A DNA stretch of 64,000 nt from Bacteriovoracia bacterium. Its GTDB lineage: Bacteria; Bdellovibrionota; UBA1018; JBFWNL01. The first letter of the stretch is position 1. Each line of letters begins with the position of its first letter. The position numbers and the translations under genes were made by a program. Where the stretch lies: NCBI GenBank assembly GCA_050251055.1, contig JBFWNL010000001.1, forward strand, positions 331,825-395,824, in the 5' to 3' direction. The notes beneath the pieces are model-generated. The model did no database searches, had not been told where the DNA came from, and saw only the letters and a list, made by a program, of their open reading frames with translations. Shown one piece after another: positions 38,960 to 48,969 of the stretch.

Positions 38960-39519
38960 TGAGTAAAGCCTTCACTAAGGAATCCGACGGCGGCCTAGAC
39001 GACGACGGAGACACCGGGGAACCCAAGGACGATCTCCCCGCCGGCGCTAAGAACTACATCACGCCCGCCGGGGCCGCACGACTGCGTGAAGAACTCAAGC
39101 AGCTCATGAACGTGGAACGCCCGAAAGTGGTGACCACGGTTTCATGGGCCGCTTCCAACGGCGATCGCTCCGAAAACGGCGACTATATCTACGGCAAACG
39201 CAGGCTACGCGAGATCGATCGGCGCATCCGCTTCTTGAGCAAACGCCTGGAGATCGCCGAAATCATTGACCCTCTTACCCAAGCCAAAGACCGCGTGCTC
39301 TTTGGCGCGACCGTGACCGTCGAACACGAGAGCGGCGAGAAGCGAAAGTACCGCATCGTGGGCATGGACGAGACCGATGCGGCTAAGCGCTACATCAGTT
39401 GGACCTCCCCGATCGGGCGCGCCTTGCTGCAGGCTAAAAAAGGCGACACCATCCAGGTCAGAACCCCCAAGGGGGAAGAAGAGCTAGAAGTGCTCTTAAT
39501 TCAATATCAAACAGAATGA
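38959..39519 (+). CDS. greB: Transcription elongation factor GreB
   Basis: NYITPAG, ERPKVVTTVSWAASNGDRSENGDYIYGKRRLREIDRRIRFL. Confidence 0.96.
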   Translation: MSKAFTKESDGGLDDDGDTGEPKDDLPAGAKNYITPAGAARLREELKQLMNVERPKVVTTVSWAASNGDRSENGDYIYGKRRLREIDRRIRFLSKRLEIAEIIDPLTQAKDRVLFGATVTVEHESGEKRKYRIVGMDETDAAKRYISWTSPIGRALLQAKKGDTIQVRTPKGEEELEVLLIQYQTE

Positions 39520-39609
39520 CGCAATGAGCCGTCGGCGTGGCTTTCGACGCTAGGAAACTTGATGCAGTTTTCCATAAACTAATTCGTTTGATGAACCGAA
39601 AAGATCGAT

Positions 39610-39975
39610 ATGAAGATCAAAAATCTGCTGACTCTTTTCTATAGTGTCACCGCCATCGCGCTTGCGTTGTCGATAAGCGGCTGCGGTAAACAGCGGGACG
39701 CGGAAGCTCACGCCATGATCCAACAGCTCGCCGCCAAAATTCAGAAAGTCGAACAGGAGCATGAATCGGTCGCAGCCTATATTCGCGGCGTGGCCACCGA
39801 CCTCAACGGGCTGAAGCAACGGATCGCTCACCTCGAAGCCTCGAAAGTGAAAAGCCCGGAGCCCGCGCCGCCCAAGAAAGTCACTACGACGAAAAAACCG
39901 ACGGCTTCCATTAAGAGCAAGGCATCTCCCCCGAAGAGCACCAAGAAAGCTCCACCTAAGAAGAAAAAACGCTAA
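39610..39975 (+). CDS. Small lipoprotein with coiled coil and Lys/Pro-rich tail
   Basis: ISGC lipobox, heptad region, basic tail ending PPKKKKR. Confidence 0.7.
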   Translation: MKIKNLLTLFYSVTAIALALSISGCGKQRDAEAHAMIQQLAAKIQKVEQEHESVAAYIRGVATDLNGLKQRIAHLEASKVKSPEPAPPKKVTTTKKPTASIKSKASPPKSTKKAPPKKKKR

Positions 39976-40072
39976 GCCCCTGGAATCATTTTCTTTTCTC
40001 TATTTCGCTAACCGACTTCTGACTTGACCGGGCTTGCCATCCATTTTAGACCTCCTTCCACGAGGTATATTT

Positions 40073-41020
40073 ATGATGGTTGCTCGTTTTGCTTTTTTGC
40101 TGATCGTCTTGGGACTCTTCTCGCACTCCGCCAGTTACGGCGCCGAAAAGAAGAAGCTTTGGGTCTATACGTCGGTTTACAAAGAATACTCGACTCCGCT
40201 CGGCAAGGCTTTCGAAGCCAAGCACCCTGAATACCAAGCCGAGATCTTCCAAGGCGGTTCCGAGAAGCTCCAGGCCAAGGTAGAGGCCGAGATCCTAGGC
40301 GGCAAGCCCCAGGCCGACGTCGTCATGACGTCCGATCCCTTCTGGACGCGCGACTTCGAGAAGCGTGGACAGACGGCGGGCAATCCCCAGCTCAACTACT
40401 ATTCGCTGATGGTCATGGTTTGCCACCAGGGTTTGCCGGCGGACAAACGGCCGCAAACCTTCCAGGACCTGGCGAAGCCCGAATTCAAGAACCTCATCCA
40501 AATCGGCAGCCCCCTTGAATCCGGCACCCAGTTCATGGCGGTGGCTTATCTGAGCGATAAGTACGGCTGGGACTTCTACGAAAAGCTCCGGGCGAATAAC
40601 CTCGCCTCGAGCGGCGGCAACTCCACGGTGATCCAAAAAGTGGAATCGGGGGAAAAGAAGGTCGGTATCGTGCTGTTAGAAAATGCGATCGCCGCCCGCA
40701 AACGCGGCAGCCCAATCGAAATTATTTATCCCACCGATGGCAGTATTCCGCTGCCAAACATGCAGGTCATGGTGAAAGGTTCGCCAAACCCCGAAGGCGC
40801 CAAGATGTTCATGGACTTCGTGCTCTCCAAGGAAGGCCAGCAGATCCTGCTTGGCGGTTACATGTACACCCTCCACAAGCAGCTGCCGAACCCCGAAGGC
40901 GCCAAGCCCTTAAAGGAAGTCACGAAGAACTCGACGCCCTGGACGACGGCGCGCATCGAAAAATTCGCGGGCGCCGGGAAAGAGATCAAGAAAAAATTCA
41001 GCCAGCTCATCTTGGAATAA
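40073..41020 (+). CDS. Fe3+/thiamine/2-AEP-type ABC substrate-binding protein
   Basis: LWVYTS, PQADV, PLESGT, AKMFMDFVLSKEGQ. Confidence 0.85.
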   Translation: MMVARFAFLLIVLGLFSHSASYGAEKKKLWVYTSVYKEYSTPLGKAFEAKHPEYQAEIFQGGSEKLQAKVEAEILGGKPQADVVMTSDPFWTRDFEKRGQTAGNPQLNYYSLMVMVCHQGLPADKRPQTFQDLAKPEFKNLIQIGSPLESGTQFMAVAYLSDKYGWDFYEKLRANNLASSGGNSTVIQKVESGEKKVGIVLLENAIAARKRGSPIEIIYPTDGSIPLPNMQVMVKGSPNPEGAKMFMDFVLSKEGQQILLGGYMYTLHKQLPNPEGAKPLKEVTKNSTPWTTARIEKFAGAGKEIKKKFSQLILE

Positions 41021-41044
41021 GCTGGAGTCATCGCGATCCGATCG

Positions 41045-42694
41045 ATGCCAAGTGCTCGTCAGATAGCCAACAAAGCCTGGAGGTGGCTGCTGCTCGCGGG
41101 GCTAGCCGCCTTCGTGTTGCTGCCCATCCTGAGCCTGTTCGCCCAGGTGCGCACGACCGACCTCGAAGAAATAGCCGCCTCTACCGGTTTGGCCAAGGTC
41201 ATGCACGTGACATTGATCTCGGCGCTGGGTGGCAGCCTCATCTCGCTTTTTCTAGGCGTTATCTTCGCCCGGCAGTTCGGCATCTACCAGTGGCGGGGCA
41301 AGCGCTGGCAACGACTGATGCTCCTCATTCCGTACCTCGTACCAAATTTCATCCTGGCATCTGCATACGTCACGAGTTGGAATCCCGCGACGGGGCTGCT
41401 GAACCCCGTGACACGCTTTCCGTTTGGGCTTTATGGCGTCTGGGGCATGACTTTCCTTTTTGGCGTGACTCACGTTCCCGTCGCGTTTCTACTATTGGAA
41501 GACAAACTCAAGCGCATGGACATGTCCCTGCGCGAAGCGGCTCGCCTCTCGGGTGCCCGTTCATTTGCGATTCTCTGGCGCATTGATCTTCCGCTCCTGC
41601 GCCCGACTTTGCTCTCCGCGCTGGGACTTTGCTTCGCGCTGAACTTATCCGCGTTCGCGATTCCCGCCTGGATTGGTGCGCCGGAAAAGGCGTTTCCGCT
41701 CACCTACAAGATCTATCAGCAGATTCAGCTCGGTGGCGCGGAAGGCATCCCTTCGGCCGCCGCTTACTCGCTGATCCTCTTCTTGCTCACGCTCCCGCCG
41801 CTCGCGCTCAACGCCTGGGCCCAGCGCGACTCGAAAAAATACGCGCTCGTTTCAGGCAAGGCGGCGCGCGTCTCGGATCTCGTGCAAAAGCCCGGAAAAT
41901 TCGCCGCGTTCCAAGGTTTTTTTTGGATCTCGCAGCTCTTCATCTGGATTGGCCCCTTGTTCGCGCTCCTGGCTTCGACCCTCGTGAAACCCGGGTGCCT
42001 CCAGTCGTCGGGCCTGGCCTGCTTCGAGGAAGTCTCGTTGCGCTCCTACCACTACGTCCTCTTCGAACTCGCCGAAACCCGGGTCGCTTTCTACAATAGC
42101 CTGGTCTACGGAACGCTAGCGGCCGCCTGTATCCTGGCGATTTGTATCGCGGCGCTTTTCTTGTTCTCGCGCCTGCGCGGCGCCTCCCGCGCCGTTGAGT
42201 GGGTCTTCGGCATTCCCGTCGCTACGCCGGGGGCGATCATCGCCCTGGGGCTCATCGTGGTATATTCTGGCCAGTACGGAATCAATCTTTACAACACCCC
42301 TTGGATCGTGGTCGTGGCCCTGATCCTCAAGCATCTCAATCTCGCTTACCAGCCCCTACGCACGGGCATGGCAAACATTTCCCAGTCGCTCTTCGAAGCG
42401 GCCGAGCTCTCGGGCGCCCGCGGACTGCAGGTTTGGAGCCGGGTCGTACTACCGATCCTAAGACCCGAATGCGTGGGTGGATTCTTTCTCGTGCTCGTGC
42501 CCATCCTGGGCGAGCTGACGATGTCGATTTTTTTGGCGAGCCCCGGCTACCGGTCCATCGGCACGGTGCTCTTTGATCTTCAGGACTACGCCGACCAAGC
42601 TTCGGCCGGAGCGCTTTCGGTGCTGCTCGTGCTGATGATTTTGATCGTGAATGAACTCACGCGGTGGCTCAGCCGCGGAAAGCTGGGCTACTAA
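41045..42694 (+). CDS. FbpB-type fused ABC permease
   Basis: Two EAA loops (LREAARLSGA, LFEAAELSGA), about 12 TM segments. Confidence 0.88.
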   Translation: MPSARQIANKAWRWLLLAGLAAFVLLPILSLFAQVRTTDLEEIAASTGLAKVMHVTLISALGGSLISLFLGVIFARQFGIYQWRGKRWQRLMLLIPYLVPNFILASAYVTSWNPATGLLNPVTRFPFGLYGVWGMTFLFGVTHVPVAFLLLEDKLKRMDMSLREAARLSGARSFAILWRIDLPLLRPTLLSALGLCFALNLSAFAIPAWIGAPEKAFPLTYKIYQQIQLGGAEGIPSAAAYSLILFLLTLPPLALNAWAQRDSKKYALVSGKAARVSDLVQKPGKFAAFQGFFWISQLFIWIGPLFALLASTLVKPGCLQSSGLACFEEVSLRSYHYVLFELAETRVAFYNSLVYGTLAAACILAICIAALFLFSRLRGASRAVEWVFGIPVATPGAIIALGLIVVYSGQYGINLYNTPWIVVVALILKHLNLAYQPLRTGMANISQSLFEAAELSGARGLQVWSRVVLPILRPECVGGFFLVLVPILGELTMSIFLASPGYRSIGTVLFDLQDYADQASAGALSVLLVLMILIVNELTRWLSRGKLGY

Positions 42695-42700
42695 GAGGGG

Positions 42701-43663
42701 TTGCGTATGAAAATAGACAATCTGCAAAAAACCTACGGCGAAGCGAAGATTCTTAAGGGAATTTCCCTTGAGATCCAAAAAGGTCAGTTTATCTCGCTCT
42801 TAGGCGCTTCCGGTTCCGGCAAGACGACGATCCTCCGCTGCATCGCGGGCCTGGAAATGCCGGATGCCACAAGCGGCCGCATGGAACTGAACGGCCGGAT
42901 ATTTTCCGGGGAAGGCGCATCGTTCATGCCGCCCGAGCAGCGAAACCTCGGCATGGTATTCCAAAATTACGCCGTCTGGCCGCACCTGGACGTCTTTGAG
43001 AACGTGGCCTTCCCGCTTCGCATCCGCGTCCGCCAAGGAAAATTCGCGGCCGGCGAAGTCGCGCCGAAAGTGCAATGGGCGCTTGAGCTCGTGAAACTCA
43101 AGGGCTTCGAAAAGCGTTTCGCCCATCAGCTCTCCGGGGGCCAGCAGCAGCGCGTGGCCTTAGCGCGAGCGCTAGCGATGTCCCCCGACTTGCTCTTGCT
43201 TGACGAACCGCTCAGCAACCTCGACGCGCTTTTGCGCGAGGAGCTCGGTTCGGAAATCCGCCGCCTGCAGCGCAACCTCAACCTCACCACGATTCTCGTC
43301 ACCCATGATCAAAAGGAAGCTCTCTCGCTTTCGGATCGCATCATCTTGCTGAATCAGGGGCGGATCGAAGCTGACGGCACGCCGGAATCGCTATACGGAC
43401 AACCGCCTACCCCGTTTGTCGCGACTTTCCTCTCGGGCGCGCAAACCTTGAGCACGGGCAAGAACGAAATGAGAGCTTTTTTGCCTCGCCGCTGGAAGTG
43501 CGCGAGCCAGGCGAAGGGGGATTTCACCATCGTATCCCGCATCTATCTGGGGAACGAATACGAATACTGGGCGCAGAACGAAGGTTACTCGGAACCCGTC
43601 CGCTTCTTTAGCATTGAGCGCATGGAGATGGGCAGCCAGGTCGCTCTGACTTACCAGGGCTAA
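42701..43663 (+). CDS. FbpC/PotA-type ABC ATP-binding protein
   Basis: [43 protein letters not shown]. Confidence 0.9.
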   Translation: MRMKIDNLQKTYGEAKILKGISLEIQKGQFISLLGASGSGKTTILRCIAGLEMPDATSGRMELNGRIFSGEGASFMPPEQRNLGMVFQNYAVWPHLDVFENVAFPLRIRVRQGKFAAGEVAPKVQWALELVKLKGFEKRFAHQLSGGQQQRVALARALAMSPDLLLLDEPLSNLDALLREELGSEIRRLQRNLNLTTILVTHDQKEALSLSDRIILLNQGRIEADGTPESLYGQPPTPFVATFLSGAQTLSTGKNEMRAFLPRRWKCASQAKGDFTIVSRIYLGNEYEYWAQNEGYSEPVRFFSIERMEMGSQVALTYQG

Positions 43664-43666
43664 CCG

Positions 43667-43990
43667 TCAGCGCTTCTTGAGCCGAGGCGCTCCCGAGGCT
43701 TCCGCCGAAGCGTCCCGCGCGGCGTCGGCCATGCATTCGTCGTAGCCCGACTCACCCTTGGCGACCTTCTTGCCGGTGCTAGTCGTGCAACTCGTGCTCA
43801 CTTTCATGCGAATCTGCGAAGGCGGGGCCTCCATCGGCTTGGTCATTTTGAGCACGTCTTCTGCGCCGCCACCACCGATGCCGGTGTTCACCGGCACGCT
43901 CCCTCGATCCTCGGCCCGCGCCAGCCCGCTCCCGCTCAGGGAGCAAGTCAATCCCAAGGCCGCCGCCAACCCCCAGGTTGCTATAGACAT
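43667..43990 (-). CDS. Small secreted hypothetical protein with a Cys pair
   Basis: Signal ARA/ED; CTTSTG..GYDEC; start overlaps the upstream stop (TAATG). Confidence 0.6.
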   Translation of the reverse strand: MSIATWGLAAALGLTCSLSGSGLARAEDRGSVPVNTGIGGGGAEDVLKMTKPMEAPPSQIRMKVSTSCTTSTGKKVAKGESGYDECMADAARDASAEASGAPRLKKR

Positions 43991-46128
43991 TATCGGGCGC
44001 TCCGGCGGGAACGTAGGCGCTCCGACGAACCCGCCTTTTGGATGCCCAGCTTCTCCAAGAAGCGCTGGTTACTTGGCTCACGACCCAAAAAGGCCTTGAG
44101 GATATCCATCGCGTCTTTCATGTTGCCAGCCTCCAGGATATGGCGGCGATAAGCGGCGCCCAGCTCCGGATTCAGAAGCCCACCGGCTTCGAAAACCGAG
44201 AACATGTCCATCGCATAGACTTCCGACCACAGATAGCCGTAGTACCCGGCGTCGTAGCCGCCCATCATGTGCCCAAAACCCGCGACGAAACGGCCGCCGG
44301 CAAGGGGTTTCACGCCTAAAACCTCTTCGTAAAGGCGGTCATAATTCCGGGTGACATCGACCTTGCCCGAAGCCGTGTGCATAGTAAGATCGGTGAGTCC
44401 CAGCATGATCTGGCGGGAATAATGATATCCCTGGCCAAAGTCACGCACCGCGAGCATCTGCTTGAGCAGCTCGGCCGGGAGCTTCTCGCCCGTACGGTAG
44501 TGGCCGGAGAGCTTGGCCAGAATTTCCGGCGTCCACACCCAGTTTTCCAGCATCTGCGAGGGGGCTTCCACGAAATCGCGCGCGACCGACGAGCCCGCGA
44601 GGCTCGCGTACTTACCGCGGGTGAGCGTCTGGTGCATGATGTGCCCAAACTCGTGAAAAGTCGTCTCCACTTCGTCGTGGTTCATGAGCGAAGGCTTGCC
44701 GTCGGCGGGGGGATTGAAATTCGCCACGATCGAGGATACCGGCCGCGAGTAAACGCCGTCGCGCTCCCGTCCCTGGATGAGGGTAAAGGCCGCTGCATGG
44801 CCGTACTTCCCTTGGCGAGGGGTGAAATCCGTGTAGAAGTACGAAAGCGTTTGCTTCGTCGCCTTGTCCACGATGCGATAAAGCTTCACGTCTTTATACC
44901 AGACGATCGCGTCGGGCTCCTCGATGAACTCGACACCCAGCAGGGTCGAATAGGTCTCGAACATGCCCTTCATCACGACTTCCGCCGGGAAATACTCCCG
45001 AATCAGCTCGTCGTCCAACTGGAAGTCGCGCTTCTTCACCTGGTACATGAGATAGTTGATGTCCCAGGCTTCGACCTTTTTTGCGCGGGAGTCTTCCGTC
45101 TTCTTGAATGCAAGCAGCTGGGCGAGATCCTTCTTCAGGCGGGGCTGCACTTTCTTGCGCAGATCCTGCAGGAAATCGCGCACATTCTTCGCGCTCTTGG
45201 ACATGCGCTGGCTGGTGCGGTAGTCCGCCCAAGTCGCGTAGCCCATTACCTTCGCGATCTGCTGGCGCAGCAGGATCGCCTGCTCCAGGAGCTTCGTATT
45301 CACTTCGCCCTGACGGTTGCTATACGCCATGAGCATGCGCTTACGCGTCTCGGCCTGCTTTGCGTTTTCCATGACCTGGAGGTAATCGGTCGATTTCGTG
45401 GTCACGGTATATACGCCGGCGTCATCCTTCGGGAGCCGCTTGAGAAAACTCTCGGACACCCCCTCTAGCTCAGCGGCGGTGAAGGCGACCTTGGTCGCAT
45501 CATTGGTGAGGTTGGTGGAAAACTGGGTCTCGAGCTTTGAAAGCTCCTGCATGAGTTTCTTGACCTCGGCGAGCTTCTCGTCCGAGAGCTTCAAGCCGTT
45601 TTGCTCGAAGCTTTTTTTGGTTTCATTCAAGAGGCGCTGCTCGTCGGCGTCACGACCGCGCAAATCCTTGATCGCGAGATAGAGCGCCTTACGGGTGTAA
45701 ATGTCCACGCCGAACTCCCCAAGCTTAGCTTCGCAGGCGGTGGCTTCCTTGCGCATTTCGGCATCTTCCGAGACATACCCCATGAAAGTCAGCGGTGAGG
45801 TCAAATCACCGAGATCCGCTACCGCCGCCTCCAGTTTTTGAATCGTGTTGTCGTTCGTGCGCGCCTCCCCGGAGAGGCTACCGATTTCCTTGAGCGCCGT
45901 GTCCGTCTGCTGAATGGCCTGATCGCAAAGCTGGGTGATTTCCCCCTTGGCGTAGTCGGAGCGAATCAGGGCCGCTTCCGAAGCCGGCGGCTCGGGAATT
46001 TCACGGCTCGGCGCCCCGCCCGGAGGGGTGCCCGTGAGCGGCTTTTGCTTGGCTGGCAACCCGGTTCCGCAAGCCACCAACAACGTCACGAGCAGCATGG
46101 ATCCAGATATACGCGTGAATTTACCCAT
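43990..46128 (-). CDS. M3A metallopeptidase (thimet oligopeptidase-like) lipoprotein
   Basis: LVAC lipobox, FHEFGH, DFVEAPSQMLENW, GYDAGYYGYLWSEV. Confidence 0.93.
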   Translation of the reverse strand: MGKFTRISGSMLLVTLLVACGTGLPAKQKPLTGTPPGGAPSREIPEPPASEAALIRSDYAKGEITQLCDQAIQQTDTALKEIGSLSGEARTNDNTIQKLEAAVADLGDLTSPLTFMGYVSEDAEMRKEATACEAKLGEFGVDIYTRKALYLAIKDLRGRDADEQRLLNETKKSFEQNGLKLSDEKLAEVKKLMQELSKLETQFSTNLTNDATKVAFTAAELEGVSESFLKRLPKDDAGVYTVTTKSTDYLQVMENAKQAETRKRMLMAYSNRQGEVNTKLLEQAILLRQQIAKVMGYATWADYRTSQRMSKSAKNVRDFLQDLRKKVQPRLKKDLAQLLAFKKTEDSRAKKVEAWDINYLMYQVKKRDFQLDDELIREYFPAEVVMKGMFETYSTLLGVEFIEEPDAIVWYKDVKLYRIVDKATKQTLSYFYTDFTPRQGKYGHAAAFTLIQGRERDGVYSRPVSSIVANFNPPADGKPSLMNHDEVETTFHEFGHIMHQTLTRGKYASLAGSSVARDFVEAPSQMLENWVWTPEILAKLSGHYRTGEKLPAELLKQMLAVRDFGQGYHYSRQIMLGLTDLTMHTASGKVDVTRNYDRLYEEVLGVKPLAGGRFVAGFGHMMGGYDAGYYGYLWSEVYAMDMFSVFEAGGLLNPELGAAYRRHILEAGNMKDAMDILKAFLGREPSNQRFLEKLGIQKAGSSERLRSRRSAR

Positions 46129-46361
46129 TTCTATTCTCCCTCATCGGTAATTAGGTCAGCAGTCGATCAGCAATTAGCAAGCCACCCCTCAATCGACATC
46201 AAAAAAATCGCCTTTTCCCAAAAATGCTCGGGAAATTCAAAATTTTCACGACCTACCACCCTATGACGCGACAAGCTGTATAGGGAAATTTTTTCGTGCC
46301 TGGCCCCCTTCCGACACCTTCTAAGATTGACAAGCCTTCCTAAAATCCAGAGGCTATTGGT

Positions 46362-47798
46362 ATGGAATTAATCGACCTCCTGTGGCAGGCCGTTCTGCAA
46401 TTCATCGACGTCATCCTCCATCTCGATACTCACCTTCTACTTTGGGCGGGCTGGATGGGCCCCTGGATCTATGCTGTACTCTTCGCCATCATTTTTGCCG
46501 AAACGGGACTCGTCGTCTTTCCATTCTTGCCCGGCGACTCTCTGCTCTTTGCCCTAGGCGCACTCTGCGCGGCAAGTGGCGCTAACGCGGAAGACAACGT
46601 TCTTGTTTACCACTGGGTCGCAATCACGATCCTTAGCGCCGCCTTCTTGGGCGATATCACCAATTACAGCGTGGGCAAGCATATCGGAGTGAAAGCTTTC
46701 AACAGCCGCTTCCTCAATCAAAAGCACCTGAAGCGCACCGAGGAGTTCTACGCCAAGCACGGCGGCAAGACCGTGATCATGGCCCGGTTCGTTCCCATCG
46801 TGCGTACCTTCGCGCCGTTTGTCGCCGGAGTGGGCACCATGACCTTCCGCCGCTTCATCACCTTCTCCGTGGCGGGTACCGTCCTGTGGGTGCTCACCTT
46901 CCTAACGGCGGGTTACGTGTTCGGAAATATCCCGGCCGTGAAAGGCAATTTTCACTTCGTCATCTTCGGCATTATCGGCGTCTCGGTACTGCCCATGCTC
47001 CTGGAATACCTGAAGGCCCGCCGCGCCAGCGCCGCCGTGAGCGTGCTGCCCCTGCTCCTGGGTTTTGGCCTCGCGGTTTTACCGGCCCACGCCGAGGAGA
47101 TCACGGGAGCGGGCGCGCATTCGGAGGCGGACGCCGCCGCTGAATCCGACTGGAAGGCGCATCTGGAAGTTGGCCTCTATGGCAGCGTGTTCGGAGCTTA
47201 CAAGCAAGGCAATCTGGGAAACTGGTTTCGCGCCGTGGCCCAAAGCCCCGAAGCGTCTCTTCGCCCCGGTTCCGCGCCAGCCTATCAGCTTGAAGTGATG
47301 ATCTTGAATTCACCACCCTCGGATCGCACGCGCGTAGGCGGGGGCTTCGGACTGTATAAAAACATCGCGACCGGCATCCAAGGTACCCATGACGGAACCG
47401 AGCTAACCCTCGAACCGACGGTACTCTCGGCGTTCATTCCCCTGCAGATCGGCCTGGGGCCGGTTCGAAGATCGGGAAAACGTTCCGCGTTCTTTACCTT
47501 GGAAGGCGGACTGCTCATCGGCTGGGTCACGGGCCAACTCCAAGCCGGCGAGTTTCAGCGAACCCGCTTTCTCGCCTCGCCCGGCATGGGGCTATCGCTA
47601 GCTACGGGCTTCCAGTATTTTTTCACGGGAAATCTAGGCCTTTCCTTAAAGGCGGGTTATCGCGCCTTGAAGACTGATCTCACCTACAGCGACGAACTCA
47701 GTCCGACCGGCTTCTCCAAGCCCCAGGTTAACGGCGAAACGGTATCCGCCAATTTAGGCGGATTTTATGGCCTCGCCGGGATAGTGGCGCACCTGTAA
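46362..47798 (+). CDS. dedA: DedA family protein fused to a secreted beta-barrel-like domain
   Basis: FAETGL..FLPGDSLLF, ARFVPIVRTFAPFVAG; extra ~250 aa after an internal signal-like segment. Confidence 0.85.
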   Translation: MELIDLLWQAVLQFIDVILHLDTHLLLWAGWMGPWIYAVLFAIIFAETGLVVFPFLPGDSLLFALGALCAASGANAEDNVLVYHWVAITILSAAFLGDITNYSVGKHIGVKAFNSRFLNQKHLKRTEEFYAKHGGKTVIMARFVPIVRTFAPFVAGVGTMTFRRFITFSVAGTVLWVLTFLTAGYVFGNIPAVKGNFHFVIFGIIGVSVLPMLLEYLKARRASAAVSVLPLLLGFGLAVLPAHAEEITGAGAHSEADAAAESDWKAHLEVGLYGSVFGAYKQGNLGNWFRAVAQSPEASLRPGSAPAYQLEVMILNSPPSDRTRVGGGFGLYKNIATGIQGTHDGTELTLEPTVLSAFIPLQIGLGPVRRSGKRSAFFTLEGGLLIGWVTGQLQAGEFQRTRFLASPGMGLSLATGFQYFFTGNLGLSLKAGYRALKTDLTYSDELSPTGFSKPQVNGETVSANLGGFYGLAGIVAHL

Positions 47799-47820
47799 CC
47801 CTTTGTGGTAGCTAGTCCCT

Positions 47821-48201
47821 ATGTTCAAGCTTGTCTTCCGCACCCGGGATTCGGAAAACTCCGGGACTGCGGAAACCACCTTTGAAATCGATCCCGATCG
47901 GCGCCCCTCGAGTGAGATGGGAGAGCCGGGCAGCCTCCTGGATATGGCGTTGGCGTTGGGCGTGGAGATCGATCATGCCTGCGGCGGCGTCACGGCTTGC
48001 TCCACCTGTCACGTTTTCATTAAACAGGGGGGCCGCTCGTGCAAAGCCGCGAGTGAGGCCGAAGAAGACCAGCTCGACAATGCGCCCGCGGTATCGTTCG
48101 AGTCCCGCCTCGCGTGCCAAGCCGTGCCCGACGGCACGGAGGATATCGTCGCGGAAATTCCCGCTTGGAACCGGAATCTAGTAAAGGAAGGCCCGCACTA
48201 G
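47821..48201 (+). CDS. fdx: Adrenodoxin/ISC-type 2Fe-2S ferredoxin
   Basis: HACGGVTACSTCHV...SRLACQ. Confidence 0.9.
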   Translation: MFKLVFRTRDSENSGTAETTFEIDPDRRPSSEMGEPGSLLDMALALGVEIDHACGGVTACSTCHVFIKQGGRSCKAASEAEEDQLDNAPAVSFESRLACQAVPDGTEDIVAEIPAWNRNLVKEGPH

Positions 48202-48581
48202 GGCATGAGGTGCCGGAGCATGTCGCGCATCGAGAGGATGCCGACGATCTTGAACTCGTCCACCACCGGAAGGTGGCGGAACTTGCCGTTCATCATGAGC
48301 TGCGGGAGTTCGCCCAGCTCGTCGTGCATCTGCACGCAAACGAGTTCCTTGGTCATCGCCGCCGCCACCGGCTGATCGATGCTAACCTTCGCGGCGACCA
48401 CGCGCTTGAGGAGATCGCGTTCCGTGAAAATTCCCACGGGATGTTTCTTTTGATTCACGACGATCACGGCGCCGATGTTCTGCTTCGCCATCGTCTGCAC
48501 GACGGAGAGGATCGTTTCCGACTCGTCCACGGTCTTCACATCAGAAATCATCAAATCGCGCACGTACTTCGCTGATGCCAT
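48198..48581 (-). CDS. CBS-pair protein
   Basis: GIFTERDL, FRHLPVVD, GILSMRD. Confidence 0.9.
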   Translation of the reverse strand: MASAKYVRDLMISDVKTVDESETILSVVQTMAKQNIGAVIVVNQKKHPVGIFTERDLLKRVVAAKVSIDQPVAAAMTKELVCVQMHDELGELPQLMMNGKFRHLPVVDEFKIVGILSMRDMLRHLMP

Positions 48582-48690
48582 GAGCCATCCCCTCCTTAGG
48601 GTTTCATGAAGGTTTCTTCAATATATTTGACGAATTCGGTGAAAAACACAAGCTTGACGCAACAGGCAAAGCGGGCCCAAGCCCCCGCGC

Positions 48691-48969
48691 TTACACCCGC
48701 CGCTTTTTTACTTCAATGAAGCTGACGAACTCTCCGTATTTGGGCGTACTCACCACCAAGCTCCAGGTCGTCCCTCCACCCGAGTAGAACTGGATCTGCG
48801 TGGTTTTGTACTTCGATTTGCTCCTACGCTTGGTCGCCTTCACGGCGAGGGTCTTACCCCGGCCGGCGAGCACGATCTCCTGCGCCTGGCTGTTCACGCT
48901 GACGAGGTACTCCCCGGCGGGGATCTCCACCGTACCGCACTCGCCATCTCCGGAAAGGGTGATCTTCAT
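48691..48969 (-). CDS. Small hypothetical beta-rich protein
   Basis: 92 aa; ATGA overlap with the MetRS-like gene. Confidence 0.6.
   Translation of the reverse strand: MKITLSGDGECGTVEIPAGEYLVSVNSQAQEIVLAGRGKTLAVKATKRRSKSKYKTTQIQFYSGGGTTWSLVVSTPKYGEFVSFIEVKKRRV

Noticed and set aside
46130-46360. A-tract-rich intergenic region with a ccctat/ataggg hairpin
   Set aside because: Consistent with an ordinary divergent promoter region; no repeated or covarying signal
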